A stretch of 64,000 bases of DNA, from IMG/VR virus record IMGVR_UViG_3300024255_000004; one strand, given 5' to 3'. Every line of letters starts with the position of its first letter. Position 1 is the stretch's first letter. The notes under the pieces are model-generated. The model was not told where the DNA came from, ran no database searches, and saw nothing but the letters and a program-made list of their open reading frames with translations. The position numbers and the translations under genes were made by a program. This document shows positions 19,540 to 28,903 of this stretch, piece after piece. The stretch comes from a virus.

Positions 19540-20961
19540 ATGGTTAAAGTTTCGAAGATAGATGATGTCTTTATGAAAGTCGATTGTGACGATGGTCTTG
19601 CAAGAGACTTATACGACTTTTTCTCATATACAGTTCCAAATGCAAAGTTCATGCCTTCATACCGAAATAAATTTTGGGACGGGAAGGTAAGATTATTTTC
19701 TTTAAAAACTAAAAAGATATACATAGGATTACTTCCATATGTAGATGAATTTTGTAGAGAACGTGGATTTGAGTTTGGTGGTATTGAAGATGTTATAGGG
19801 AAAAAAACTACAGAGAAGTGTAGTCAAGAATGGTTAGCTGATTTAAAACTTCCTTTTGAACCTAGAGATTATCAAATAGAAGCCTTCAATGAAACTATAA
19901 AATATGGAAGACAATTACTATTGTCTCCAACTGCAAGTGGTAAGTCATTAATCATATACTTACTTGCACGATACTATGATAAGAAAACTATTGTTATAGT
20001 TCCAACCACTTCTCTTGTGGAACAGTTAACCAAAGACTTTGTAGATTATGGTTATACAGAACCAGTCTGTAAAATATACCACGGACAAGAAGTTTTTGAT
20101 TCACCTATTACAGTCACCACATGGCAATCATTCGCAAAAGCTCCAAAGGAGGTGCTAGAGTCTTTTGATGTTGTCATTGGTGACGAAGCACATTTATTCA
20201 AAGCACAAACACTTAAAGGTATCTTGGAGAAGATGAAGACCACTGCAATTCGTATTGGAACTACAGGAACTTTGGACGGGTCAGAGGTTCATAGACTTCA
20301 ATTAGAAGGTTTATTCGGCCCAGTCAAAAAGGTCATAACTTCAAAAGAACTCATGGATTCGGGAACAATTGCAAATTTGAAAATTGATTGTGTCATACTT
20401 CGTCATACTAAACAGAAGAAAATGTCATACCAAGATGAAATGGATTACTTGGTAAGTTGTGATAGTAGGAACCAATTTATAACCAATCTTGTTGGTTCTC
20501 TGAGAGGTAATACACTCGTGTTATTTCAATACATAGAAAAACATGGACAACCATTATGGGAAATGTTCAATCCTATGGTTAGTAGAATGAATGGAACTTT
20601 ACATTATGTTCATGGTGGAACCGACACAGAAGACAGGGAAACAGTCAGAGAGATAGTCGACAATCCAAGGAAGAAAAAAAATAATGTCATACTAGCATCA
20701 TACGGAACTTTTTCTACAGGAATTAATATTAAAAAAATCAACAACGTTGTGTTTGCAAGTCCCTCTAAATCTAGAATAAGAAACTTGCAGTCAATTGGTA
20801 GAGGTCTAAGAAAGACCACTGGGAAGACTGAGATGAGATTATTTGATATTGCAGATGATTTGCAATGTGATAACTATACTCTCAACCACCTTAAAGAACG
20901 TATAAATATATACAACGAGGAGAACTTTTCCTACAACATACAACAATTTGATTTAAAATGA
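19540..20961 (+). CDS. uvsW: DNA helicase UvsW
   Basis: SPTASGKS, DEAH, TGT and QSIGRGLR. Confidence 0.96.
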   Translation: MVKVSKIDDVFMKVDCDDGLARDLYDFFSYTVPNAKFMPSYRNKFWDGKVRLFSLKTKKIYIGLLPYVDEFCRERGFEFGGIEDVIGKKTTEKCSQEWLADLKLPFEPRDYQIEAFNETIKYGRQLLLSPTASGKSLIIYLLARYYDKKTIVIVPTTSLVEQLTKDFVDYGYTEPVCKIYHGQEVFDSPITVTTWQSFAKAPKEVLESFDVVIGDEAHLFKAQTLKGILEKMKTTAIRIGTTGTLDGSEVHRLQLEGLFGPVKKVITSKELMDSGTIANLKIDCVILRHTKQKKMSYQDEMDYLVSCDSRNQFITNLVGSLRGNTLVLFQYIEKHGQPLWEMFNPMVSRMNGTLHYVHGGTDTEDRETVREIVDNPRKKKNNVILASYGTFSTGINIKKINNVVFASPSKSRIRNLQSIGRGLRKTTGKTEMRLFDIADDLQCDNYTLNHLKERINIYNEENFSYNIQQFDLK

Positions 20962-21449
20962 CAAGACCTTCAGACTTAATTAAAGAACAGAAATACGAAG
21001 TTATAAAACTTAAAACTGGTGCTGAGTTTGTGGGAATGGTAAGAGACTCTGCGGAAGGTATAGAAATCACACTACCTATGATATGTCATTTATCAGTTCA
21101 ACAACCAGTCAATTCAACACTTGCAACCTTCTATCCTTATGCACCCATGAGTGAAGACCCTATTGTCAAAATTCCTTTTGACCAAGTCTTGCATAGAAGT
21201 AGTATGAATCAACAGTTTATTCCCTTTTATGATGAAGCCTCTGCAAACTGGTTAAAAATGGTAGAATCTAAATCTATCCCATTAACAAATGATGTAAAGA
21301 AAATTAGTAAAGATTATATGAAAAAGGCAGTTGACTCTATTTTAGAGAATGTATCTGAAGAAGATTTATTTGATGAATACTTTGAAGAACTTGCAGAGAG
21401 TGATTTTGAATCCTCAATAAAACCAATCAACCCCAAGAAAATTCATTAG
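20958..21449 (+). CDS. Conserved T4-like hypothetical protein (Sm-like N-terminus)
   Basis: VIKLKTGAEFVG pattern; usual position between uvsW and gp55. Confidence 0.7.
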   Translation: MTRPSDLIKEQKYEVIKLKTGAEFVGMVRDSAEGIEITLPMICHLSVQQPVNSTLATFYPYAPMSEDPIVKIPFDQVLHRSSMNQQFIPFYDEASANWLKMVESKSIPLTNDVKKISKDYMKKAVDSILENVSEEDLFDEYFEELAESDFESSIKPINPKKIH

Positions 21450-21534
21450 ACTTTTAGTTTGTCTAAATAAGTGCGTATAATTTAGATTTATATCGCATTA
21501 TACAAAATACTTATAACTTAATTTTAGGAAAACC

Positions 21535-21714
21535 ATGACCACAGCAACCTTTTTTGCGAAGAGCATGGTGCGAAAAGCTAGAGAAGTCAATCATATCATT
21601 CGTCCTCAGAAACGAAAAGTGATTGAAACTATCGAATTTCTAGTGCTGATGACTCTTCCATTTTTACTACCATTCATCATAATGTTTTATGCATCATCGA
21701 TGAGAATGTTTTAA
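21535..21714 (+). CDS. Small membrane protein, 59 aa (not in the ORF track)
   Basis: SD AGGA; MTTATFFAKSMVRKAREVNHIIRPQKRKVIETIEFLVLMTLPFLLPFIIMFYASSMRMF. Confidence 0.65.
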   Translation: MTTATFFAKSMVRKAREVNHIIRPQKRKVIETIEFLVLMTLPFLLPFIIMFYASSMRMF

Positions 21715-21800
21715 TGAAACACAAACTTAGAGACACTTTGGAGATAAGCACACTTATGGCTGTCTTCTTAGTGTCTGTAATATCAATAACAGGAATATAA
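21714..21800 (+). CDS. Small membrane peptide, 28 aa (not in the ORF track)
   Basis: TAATG coupling; MKHKLRDTLEISTLMAVFLVSVISITGI. Confidence 0.5.
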   Translation: MKHKLRDTLEISTLMAVFLVSVISITGI

Positions 21801-21802
21801 TA

Positions 21803-22009
21803 ATGTTCATTCCTTGGTTCACAAAACCCGAAACAGAAAAGAAAGTATTACAAATCGTAAATCTCTCTCCTGATGAATCTTGGATTGAGAAAATTGTTGA
21901 CGTTCACCCAATGAAACAAGTTGCAATCATGTCAGTCGTGCAAGTCCTTGTTTTCGGTTTTATGTTGTTGTCCTTTTGGTTAATTAACGTAGGATTGGAT
22001 AGATTGTGA
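21803..22009 (+). CDS. Small membrane protein, 68 aa
   Basis: C-terminal TM helix; closely coupled to its neighbours. Confidence 0.6.
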   Translation: MFIPWFTKPETEKKVLQIVNLSPDESWIEKIVDVHPMKQVAIMSVVQVLVFGFMLLSFWLINVGLDRL

Positions 22010-22131
22010 AACACTATATAGTATATACAGTTTTAGGTTGGTGCATGTTTGAACTTGCCGTTGGTGATATCGATAGAATGAGTCGTGCAATTAATAGTCC
22101 TAATAAGAGTAGAGTAGTTTCCTACACTTAA
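22006..22131 (+). CDS. Small hydrophobic protein, 41 aa (not in the ORF track)
   Basis: GTGA overlap; MKHYIVYTVLGWCMFELAVGDIDRMSRAINSPNKSRVVSYT. Confidence 0.45.
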   Translation: MKHYIVYTVLGWCMFELAVGDIDRMSRAINSPNKSRVVSYT

Positions 22132-22167
22132 TCCCTTATTAGTATATTCCAACGCAGCAACATATTT

Positions 22168-22204
22168 ATTTTATCATACTTTTCCCATTTGTCTAGTGGG
22201 TTTT
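22168..22204 (-). promoter_or_regulatory. Leftward sigma70-like promoter, divergent from gp55
   Basis: Minus strand reads AAAACCCAC-TAGACA-16 nt (ending TGA)-TAAAAT. Confidence 0.5.
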
Positions 22205-22240
22205 GGTAAATAAATTAAAAAAATAAATACTTAAAACCCT

Positions 22241-22269
22241 CTTACAAAATAACGTATTTGGTGTATAAT
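22241..22269 (+). promoter_or_regulatory. Sigma70-like promoter for gp55
   Basis: AAAACCCT-CTTACA-17 nt-TATAAT, 6 nt before ATG 22276. Confidence 0.7.
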
Positions 22270-22275
22270 AGTGGT

Positions 22276-22833
22276 ATGACAACGAAAAAAGACCCCAAAA
22301 AAGCAGTCCATTACGTATCTAACAAAGACTTTACGGCTGCAGTCTCCGAGTTTAACATTGCATGTAAACTTGCAGAAGAGAAAGGTAAGTCTAAACCTCA
22401 AATGACAGAATACATTGGTGAATGTATCTATAAGATTGCGACTCGATTATCGACTCGTCCTAATTTTATCAACTACACATACAGAGATGAAATGATATGT
22501 GATGCAATTGAAAATTGTATTCAGTATATCGGAAATTTCAACCCCGAGAAATCAACTAACGCATTTGCATACATAACACAAATTTGTTATTATGCCTTCC
22601 TCAGAAGAATCCAAAAGGAGAAAAAACAAGTCTTCATTAAACAACAAGCAACAGACGCTGCTGGAATGATAACAAGTGCATTCGATACAATTGATGGAAT
22701 ACATGACCCAACCTTGACCAACACCAACGTGGAGTGGATGCAAGAAAATATGAATAGGGTCGAATACGAACCACGTAAGTCAAGAACAAAAAAAGTAAAA
22801 AAATCAACTAACTTAGAAAAATTCACTGAATGA
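22276..22833 (+). CDS. gp55: Late sigma factor gp55
   Basis: HYVSNKDF, YIGECIYKIA, RPNFINYTYRDEMI and AFAYITQICYYAFLRRIQKEKKQ. Confidence 0.96.
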   Translation: MTTKKDPKKAVHYVSNKDFTAAVSEFNIACKLAEEKGKSKPQMTEYIGECIYKIATRLSTRPNFINYTYRDEMICDAIENCIQYIGNFNPEKSTNAFAYITQICYYAFLRRIQKEKKQVFIKQQATDAAGMITSAFDTIDGIHDPTLTNTNVEWMQENMNRVEYEPRKSRTKKVKKSTNLEKFTE

Positions 22834-23897
22834 AAATTGCTCTACTAAATGATACCCATTGTGGTGTCCGTGGTGACATGGAAGCTATGTCAGACTATCA
22901 AGGAAGATTTTATAATGAAGTCTTCTTCCCATACTTAGATGAAAATGATATAAATCATATCATTCACTTAGGTGATTACTTTGATAGAAGAAAGTATATA
23001 AACTTCTCCTCTATGAAAGCAAATATAAAACACTTCATTGACCCCATGAATGAGAGAGGTATTACTATGGATTTAATCCTAGGTAATCATGATACTTATT
23101 ATAAGAATACAAATGAGGTGAATGCACCCGAACTTCTTTTATACAATCAACCAAACGTAAATGTTATTGTAGAACATGAAGTTAAAGAGTATGACGGATT
23201 TAACATTGCATTGTCTCCATGGATTAATCCCGAGAATTATGCAGATGCAGTCGACTTCTTAATGAGTGCAAATGCAAGTTGGTGTATGGGTCACTTTGAA
23301 TTTGAAGGTGCATTAATGATGCCAGGCATGACGTGTCAACACGGATTAGACCATTCTTATGTAAAAAGATTTGAAACAGTTTTGAGTGGTCATTTCCACC
23401 AAAAATCTGAATTTGCAAATATCAGATATCTTGGGTCTCAAATGCAATTTACTTGGTCAGACTATGGAGATAACAAATACTTTCATATCTTTGATACTGA
23501 TACACAAGAACTTACCCCAATTTTAAATCCAATTACTATGTTCGAAAAGTCATTCTATGATGACGAAAAAGAAACATTCGAAACAATTTCAAATCAAGAC
23601 TATTCAAAATACACTGGAAAGTTTGTAAAAGTTATAGTAGTGAACAAAGACAATCCATATTGGTTTGATACATTCTTAGATAAACTACATGCAAGTAATC
23701 CATTACACGTTGCAGTGGTTGATGATAACAAACACATGGATTTCTATGGTGACGATGATATAGAAGATATCGAAGACACCTTAACTATATTAAACAACTA
23801 TATTGACGGGTTAGAAATACAAGGAAAGAAAAAACCACTTTCAGAACTCATGTCGTCACTATACAATGAGGCTTTAGACGAACATAACTATCTATGA
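22830..23897 (+). CDS. gp47: Recombination endonuclease gp47 (Mre11-like)
   Basis: DTH, LGDYFD, GNHD and SGHFH. Confidence 0.95.
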   Translation: MKIALLNDTHCGVRGDMEAMSDYQGRFYNEVFFPYLDENDINHIIHLGDYFDRRKYINFSSMKANIKHFIDPMNERGITMDLILGNHDTYYKNTNEVNAPELLLYNQPNVNVIVEHEVKEYDGFNIALSPWINPENYADAVDFLMSANASWCMGHFEFEGALMMPGMTCQHGLDHSYVKRFETVLSGHFHQKSEFANIRYLGSQMQFTWSDYGDNKYFHIFDTDTQELTPILNPITMFEKSFYDDEKETFETISNQDYSKYTGKFVKVIVVNKDNPYWFDTFLDKLHASNPLHVAVVDDNKHMDFYGDDDIEDIEDTLTILNNYIDGLEIQGKKKPLSELMSSLYNEALDEHNYL

Positions 23898-25609
23898 TAA
23901 ATTTTAAGAAAGTAAGATATAAGAACTTACTATCCAGTGGAAATAAATTTACTGAAATACAATTAGACCAACACCAAACAACACTTATCTTAGGTGATAA
24001 TGGTGCTGGTAAATCTACATTACTTGATGCACTTTGTTTTGGTATGTATGGAAAGGGGTTCAGAAACCTCAAGAAAGACCTTCTAATCAACTCTATCAAT
24101 GGTGGAAACCTTTGGGTTGAGGTAGAGTTTTCTATTGGTAAAAAGGAATATAAGGTCATTAGGGGTGCAAAACCAAACAAATTCGAACTCTATGTTAATG
24201 ATGTGTTCGTCAATCAAGATGCAACAGTCAGAGACTATCAAGAACACTTAGAAAAGAACATACTCAAAATGAGTTATCGTTCCTTTACTCAAGTTGCAAT
24301 CCTCGGGTCAGCAAACTTTACTCCTTTCATGCAATTAAAGGCAACTGAAAGACGTAAACTCGTGGAAGACCTTTTGGATATATCAATCTTTTCTACAATG
24401 GGTGATATCCTTAAGAAAAAGATTTCTAACCATACTGTTGAGGTTAGAGAGAATAATCATGAAATCGACTTACTTGAAGAAAGAATTAACGGACTGAATG
24501 AACAACTTAATGCACTTCGTGAAAATCGTGAATCGAAAATCCTAAAATATGAATCTACTGTTGATGAAACTCAAGAGAATATTAATAACCTTTTAGGAGA
24601 CATAGATGAAAAGACGAAAAATGTGGTGGAGAAAACAACCAGTATCAGTGATAAAGATTCGAAAGAAACTAGACTCAAACAAGTTGTCGACATGGAAGCT
24701 GGACTTGAAAATGCTAGAAAGAAAGCACTTAAAGACATTGAGTTCTATGAAAACAATGACGATTGTCCAACATGCAAACAGGGATTAGACCATGAACATA
24801 AGAAGAAACACATTGAAGAGAAACAGACTAAAATCTCAGAAATCAAGGAGGCGATTGCAACACTTGATGAACAAGTCGAAGACCTTAATACCCGAATCCA
24901 AGAAATCAACGGAATCCAAGACCAAATAACTAAAGTTCAAAAGGAAGTTGGTATTCTACAAACAGAAGTTGTATCCAATCAGAAGTTTATCCAAAAGATT
25001 CAAAAAGAAATAGAAGAACTTAAAAAAGAAGGACAGGGTAATGGAGACGTTCAGAGTAGAATAGACGACAGTGAAGACAAACTAAACATTCTACATGCAA
25101 AGAAAGAGTCATTAGTTGACCAACAACACTACTATGAAATTGCACAAGTGTTATTACGTGACCAAGGTGTAAGACAGAAGATTATCAAACAGTATGTTCC
25201 AATCATGAATAAACTAATTAACAAGTATCTTGCACAATTGGAATTCTATGTTGGGTTTGAACTTAATGAAAAGTTTGAAGAAACAATCAAGTCAAGATTC
25301 AGAGACGTATTCAAATACGATAACTTCTCTCAAGGTGAGAAGATGAGAATCGACCTTGCACTACTATTCACATGGAGAAGTGTTGCAAGAATGAAGAATA
25401 GTGTTAACACTAACCTATTGATATTAGACGAAGTATTTGACTCTTCATTAGACACACAAGGAACAGACGATTTCTTAAAACTATTAAACAGCTTGACAGA
25501 AAAGACGAATGCATTTATCATATCTCATAAAGGAGAAGCACTATATGATAAATTTAATGACGTTATTAGGTTTGAGAAACACAAAAACTTCTCGAGAATT
25601 GCAGAATAA
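23894..25609 (+). CDS. gp46: Recombination ATPase gp46 (Rad50-like)
   Basis: GDNGAGKS, zinc hook CPTC, FSQGEK and LDEVFD. Confidence 0.96.
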   Translation: MINFKKVRYKNLLSSGNKFTEIQLDQHQTTLILGDNGAGKSTLLDALCFGMYGKGFRNLKKDLLINSINGGNLWVEVEFSIGKKEYKVIRGAKPNKFELYVNDVFVNQDATVRDYQEHLEKNILKMSYRSFTQVAILGSANFTPFMQLKATERRKLVEDLLDISIFSTMGDILKKKISNHTVEVRENNHEIDLLEERINGLNEQLNALRENRESKILKYESTVDETQENINNLLGDIDEKTKNVVEKTTSISDKDSKETRLKQVVDMEAGLENARKKALKDIEFYENNDDCPTCKQGLDHEHKKKHIEEKQTKISEIKEAIATLDEQVEDLNTRIQEINGIQDQITKVQKEVGILQTEVVSNQKFIQKIQKEIEELKKEGQGNGDVQSRIDDSEDKLNILHAKKESLVDQQHYYEIAQVLLRDQGVRQKIIKQYVPIMNKLINKYLAQLEFYVGFELNEKFEETIKSRFRDVFKYDNFSQGEKMRIDLALLFTWRSVARMKNSVNTNLLILDEVFDSSLDTQGTDDFLKLLNSLTEKTNAFIISHKGEALYDKFNDVIRFEKHKNFSRIAE

Positions 25610-25617
25610 TATAAATA
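25610..25617 (+). promoter_or_regulatory. T4-type late promoter TATAAATA
   Basis: Consensus 5 nt before ATG 25623. Confidence 0.75.
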
Positions 25618-25622
25618 GTAGT

Positions 25623-27122
25623 ATGAAATCATTCTCAGAGTTTACTAATCCAACATACGAAGGAGTCAAATTAGACTTACCTAAAGTTATATCTGAAGGT
25701 TCTAAAATGTCTAAGGGAGACCTATTCAAAAGACAAAATAGGGGTGGATTCTTACAAAAAGCAGAAGACGGAATATTACTTGATAAGGACGGAAACGAAC
25801 TTAAGATAAAAGACAAAGACCTTTGGTATGAATTATCCAGTGAACTACAATCTGCTGGAGACGAAAAAGACTTAACACTATGGACACCTAAGAACTTAAA
25901 AATGGTGTTTGGAACTACATTAGGGAATATTCTTAAAGGTGGTAATGGTTTTTCAACTGTAAATCAAGCAAATCCAACTGGTGAAGATTGGGAAGCTGGT
26001 ATTGCAGTAGGACTTCAAAAATTAGGAAAAGGTATAGACTATAACTCACCCGAGTGGTTGAGATTCGATAAGTATTGGACTGATTGGGAAGAGTCTGCAA
26101 TGAAAACTGCAATAGATTTCAAAAACAAGTTAGGTATATCAGAACTTAAACAAACTGGTTCTATGAAAGTAGGTGGACTTTCTAACGAATGGAAAGGAAC
26201 AAACACTACACCTAAAACCGACCTTATGGATAAGAGTGGTAATATTAGAGTATCACTTAAAAAATCGGGTGGTTCTCAGTTAATGTCTGCTGGTAAAGCA
26301 GAAGCAATATCTACAGTAGAGGCTGCAATGAGAGCATATGGAAACTCTTCCAGTGGTCAAAAAGAAGCACAAAAATTAGTCAAAGAACTAGAAGAGAAAA
26401 TGATTAAGTTATCTCATAAAGGTGCGGTAGGTGACTTAGAACAACTTAAAGGTAAAGACAAATTATCAAGAGAAGAAGAAGATAAACTTGCAGAATTAGA
26501 TATTGGACATAACTATGCACAAGAACTCAATCAAAGATTAGAAAAAACCTTTAATGGTAATGACGAATTGAAAAAACTATTTTGTTATGAAGCTGCAACT
26601 GGTCATGCAAAGTTCGGTAAAGACACTTGGCCAACTGCAACAATGATTGCAACCTTCTATGAAGGTGGAGGTCTTTCACATGTTCAAAACTTAAGAGACC
26701 CAATCAAACATGGTGGAGCACTTGCCTCGGGAAATGACTTTTATGTGTCATTCAAATCGAGTGGTAAAAGTTCACCATATCTTTCTTTAAGAAGTAAGAA
26801 AGCAAAACAAAAATTAAACATGGACACCCTCTCAGATATCATACACAACGAATGTGGAAATTCAAATCTTTTCTTAACAGAAGAGGTAGAAAATCTAACT
26901 GAATCACAACTGATAAATAAACTTATGAAAATGTCAAAAGAGTTTTCTTCTAAGGTTGCAAATGCAGCCAAGAAAATTCTTAATGAGATTACTAAGAGAA
27001 TACAGAATGCATTTAATTGGATTAAGAAACAAGGTGCAAAAATATGGAATGCAATCTTGTATTTCTTTGGATTTCAAATTTCAGATGTAAGAGTCAAAGG
27101 AGGAGGGGTTTACCCGTTATAA
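25623..27122 (+). CDS. Late protein with a capsid-targeting-like leader and a putative PD-(D/E)xK nuclease core
   Basis: Starts MKSFSEF; contains TGEDWEAGI...TPKTDL...RVSLKK. Confidence 0.55.
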   Translation: MKSFSEFTNPTYEGVKLDLPKVISEGSKMSKGDLFKRQNRGGFLQKAEDGILLDKDGNELKIKDKDLWYELSSELQSAGDEKDLTLWTPKNLKMVFGTTLGNILKGGNGFSTVNQANPTGEDWEAGIAVGLQKLGKGIDYNSPEWLRFDKYWTDWEESAMKTAIDFKNKLGISELKQTGSMKVGGLSNEWKGTNTTPKTDLMDKSGNIRVSLKKSGGSQLMSAGKAEAISTVEAAMRAYGNSSSGQKEAQKLVKELEEKMIKLSHKGAVGDLEQLKGKDKLSREEEDKLAELDIGHNYAQELNQRLEKTFNGNDELKKLFCYEAATGHAKFGKDTWPTATMIATFYEGGGLSHVQNLRDPIKHGGALASGNDFYVSFKSSGKSSPYLSLRSKKAKQKLNMDTLSDIIHNECGNSNLFLTEEVENLTESQLINKLMKMSKEFSSKVANAAKKILNEITKRIQNAFNWIKKQGAKIWNAILYFFGFQISDVRVKGGGVYPL

Positions 27123-27123
27123 T

Positions 27124-27750
27124 ATGTTAGAATTGATAGAAGAGGCCTCAAAGGTCTTACGAACACCACCACCCGAATTTGATTTCGAGAACCCACCCGA
27201 AGACCCCAAAGAGATAGAAATCAACATGGCAGCTGCTATGGAACAATTTGGTGGTATAGGATTATCTGCAAATCAAGTTGGATTGAACTACAGAATTTTT
27301 GTAATGAAAACTGCAGATAGTGGAACTAAAGCATTTTTTAATCCCGAGATTACTAAAGCATCTCAAGAAACTGATTTAATGAAAGAGGGTTGTCTATCCT
27401 TCCCCGACATTTATCTAATGATAAAAAGGTCAAAAGAGATAGAACTTAAATATCAAGATGCAGAGGGTGAAGAACACATAATACACTTAACTGGTTTAGG
27501 TGCAAGGTGTGTTCAACATGAATGTGACCATTTAAATGGAATACTATTCCTACAACGTGCATCTAGACTTAAACTGGAACGTGCATTAAAATCACGACCA
27601 AAAGAGAGAAAAAAGAGAATTGATTATGAAACAAGAATTGCATACGCAAGAGCAATACAAGAACGAGAAAGTCTTACTACTTCCGAATCTGATAACGGAG
27701 AAGGAATCGAAAGAACTGATTCTGTATCTGAAGAAACACTCGCATCTTAA
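27124..27750 (+). CDS. def: Peptide deformylase
   Basis: GIGLSANQVG, EGCLS and QHECDHLNG. Confidence 0.95.
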   Translation: MLELIEEASKVLRTPPPEFDFENPPEDPKEIEINMAAAMEQFGGIGLSANQVGLNYRIFVMKTADSGTKAFFNPEITKASQETDLMKEGCLSFPDIYLMIKRSKEIELKYQDAEGEEHIIHLTGLGARCVQHECDHLNGILFLQRASRLKLERALKSRPKERKKRIDYETRIAYARAIQERESLTTSESDNGEGIERTDSVSEETLAS

Positions 27751-28285
27751 AACAATAGGAGACGGGTCAGATTACACTGCAATAAACATATTGCATATTC
27801 ACACTCAATGGGTTCGAGATATCTTTAATAGACTATCTTTTGACGTTATTGGTGAGATATACAAAAATACAGGTGAAAGAGTATATCCCGAAATGTCTGC
27901 ACTTAATGAGTGGGATATAGGTGGTGTTCAAGAACCACATACAGATGAATTATCTGATGTCGATTTAAGAAACGATAACGTTAAAAAGGACGGACTAAGT
28001 AGAGAATGGACTGTTATTCTTTATATAAATGGTCATGAATCCTTCCAAGGTGGTGAGACTTATTTTCCCGATGAGGGGCCAAGTGGTGAGATTATAACCC
28101 CCGTATTAGGAACAGGGGTAGTATTTAGAGGAGTAGACCTAAAACATGGTGTATATCCCGTTAGAAGAGGTGCTAGATACACTATATCTCAATGGTTCAC
28201 TGCAGATAGAGACAGGATTATAACTGATTCTAGAACTAGAGACTTATCCCTTGACCATGTCACATTGAGACGCTCAGAGACTTGA
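27626..28285 (+). CDS. 2OG-Fe(II) oxygenase (prolyl 4-hydroxylase-like)
   Basis: PHTD, ILYIN..FQGGETYF and HGVYPVRRGARYTISQWF. Confidence 0.88.
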   Translation: MKQELHTQEQYKNEKVLLLPNLITEKESKELILYLKKHSHLKTIGDGSDYTAINILHIHTQWVRDIFNRLSFDVIGEIYKNTGERVYPEMSALNEWDIGGVQEPHTDELSDVDLRNDNVKKDGLSREWTVILYINGHESFQGGETYFPDEGPSGEIITPVLGTGVVFRGVDLKHGVYPVRRGARYTISQWFTADRDRIITDSRTRDLSLDHVTLRRSET

Positions 28286-28309
28286 CAATGACACCCCAAA
28301 AATGATAGT

Positions 28310-28332
28310 AAAACCCCGTTTGGGGTTTTTTT
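28310..28332 (+). terminator. Rho-independent terminator
   Basis: AAAACCCC-GTTT-GGGG followed by a T-run. Confidence 0.8.
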
Positions 28333-28347
28333 AGGCAAAAAATAAAT

Positions 28348-28377
28348 TTGACAATGGGTGTCACTTTTTGGTATACT
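28348..28377 (+). promoter_or_regulatory. Early promoter, copy 1 of a repeated motif
   Basis: TTGACA-ATGGGTGTCACTTTTTGG-TATACT. Confidence 0.8.
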
Positions 28378-28407
28378 ATGTATATAATGAAAAAACAAGG
28401 AGAAAAT

Positions 28408-28695
28408 GTGAATAATATAAACTATCTTACTGAATATGATTCAGTCAAATACGAACAAAGTGGTAAAACCTATGAAGGTGTTATTACTAAAGTTGTTAAT
28501 AACGACTTCCCCTTTATCGAAGGTAAATTTTACGAAATAGACAGTATTGGTCAAAGAGTTGATGATATGAGATTCAATGCAATTATCTATGCACAATCAT
28601 TCAAAGGTTTAAATATGGAATGGTGGTATGAAGGACAAGGTGGAGACAACTCTGCAATAGGTTGTAGTGGTTCATGGGAGACACTTGTAGCTTAA
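28408..28695 (+). CDS. Early hypothetical protein
   Basis: GTG start after AAGGAG (alternative ATG at 28387). Confidence 0.65.
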   Translation: MNNINYLTEYDSVKYEQSGKTYEGVITKVVNNDFPFIEGKFYEIDSIGQRVDDMRFNAIIYAQSFKGLNMEWWYEGQGGDNSAIGCSGSWETLVA

Positions 28696-28871
28696 TGAAA
28701 TATCTTAAAGAGATTACAGATTGGGAAATATCCAATCACACTTACATAGTCAATGATGCTGGACACTTAGTTGGATACATCAAGACTGGAACCAAAGAAG
28801 AGATTATCTTCAAATCCCCAATGAAACAATTTTCAAAATCAAGGAGAAAATTTATTACTCTCAAGCGTTGA
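28695..28871 (+). CDS. Early hypothetical protein
   Basis: TAATG coupling; LKEITDW..NHTYI...FSKSRRKF. Confidence 0.65.
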   Translation: MKYLKEITDWEISNHTYIVNDAGHLVGYIKTGTKEEIIFKSPMKQFSKSRRKFITLKR

Positions 28872-28897
28872 CAATGACCTTCACTTTTTAGTATACT
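28868..28897 (+). promoter_or_regulatory. Early promoter, copy 2
   Basis: TTGACA-ATGACCTTCACTTTTTAG-TATACT, 6 nt before ATG 28904. Confidence 0.8.
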
Positions 28898-28903
28898 ATA
28901 AAC

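Noticed and set aside
8693-20908. TATAAATA matches inside gp17 (8693) and uvsW (20901)
   Set aside because: They are expected by chance in AT-rich coding DNA. The 20901 copy could serve ORF 20958, but nothing else supports it.
27626-27750. 125-nt overlap of the def tail with the oxygenase start
   Set aside because: The overlap covers non-catalytic, low-complexity termini and is probably incidental.
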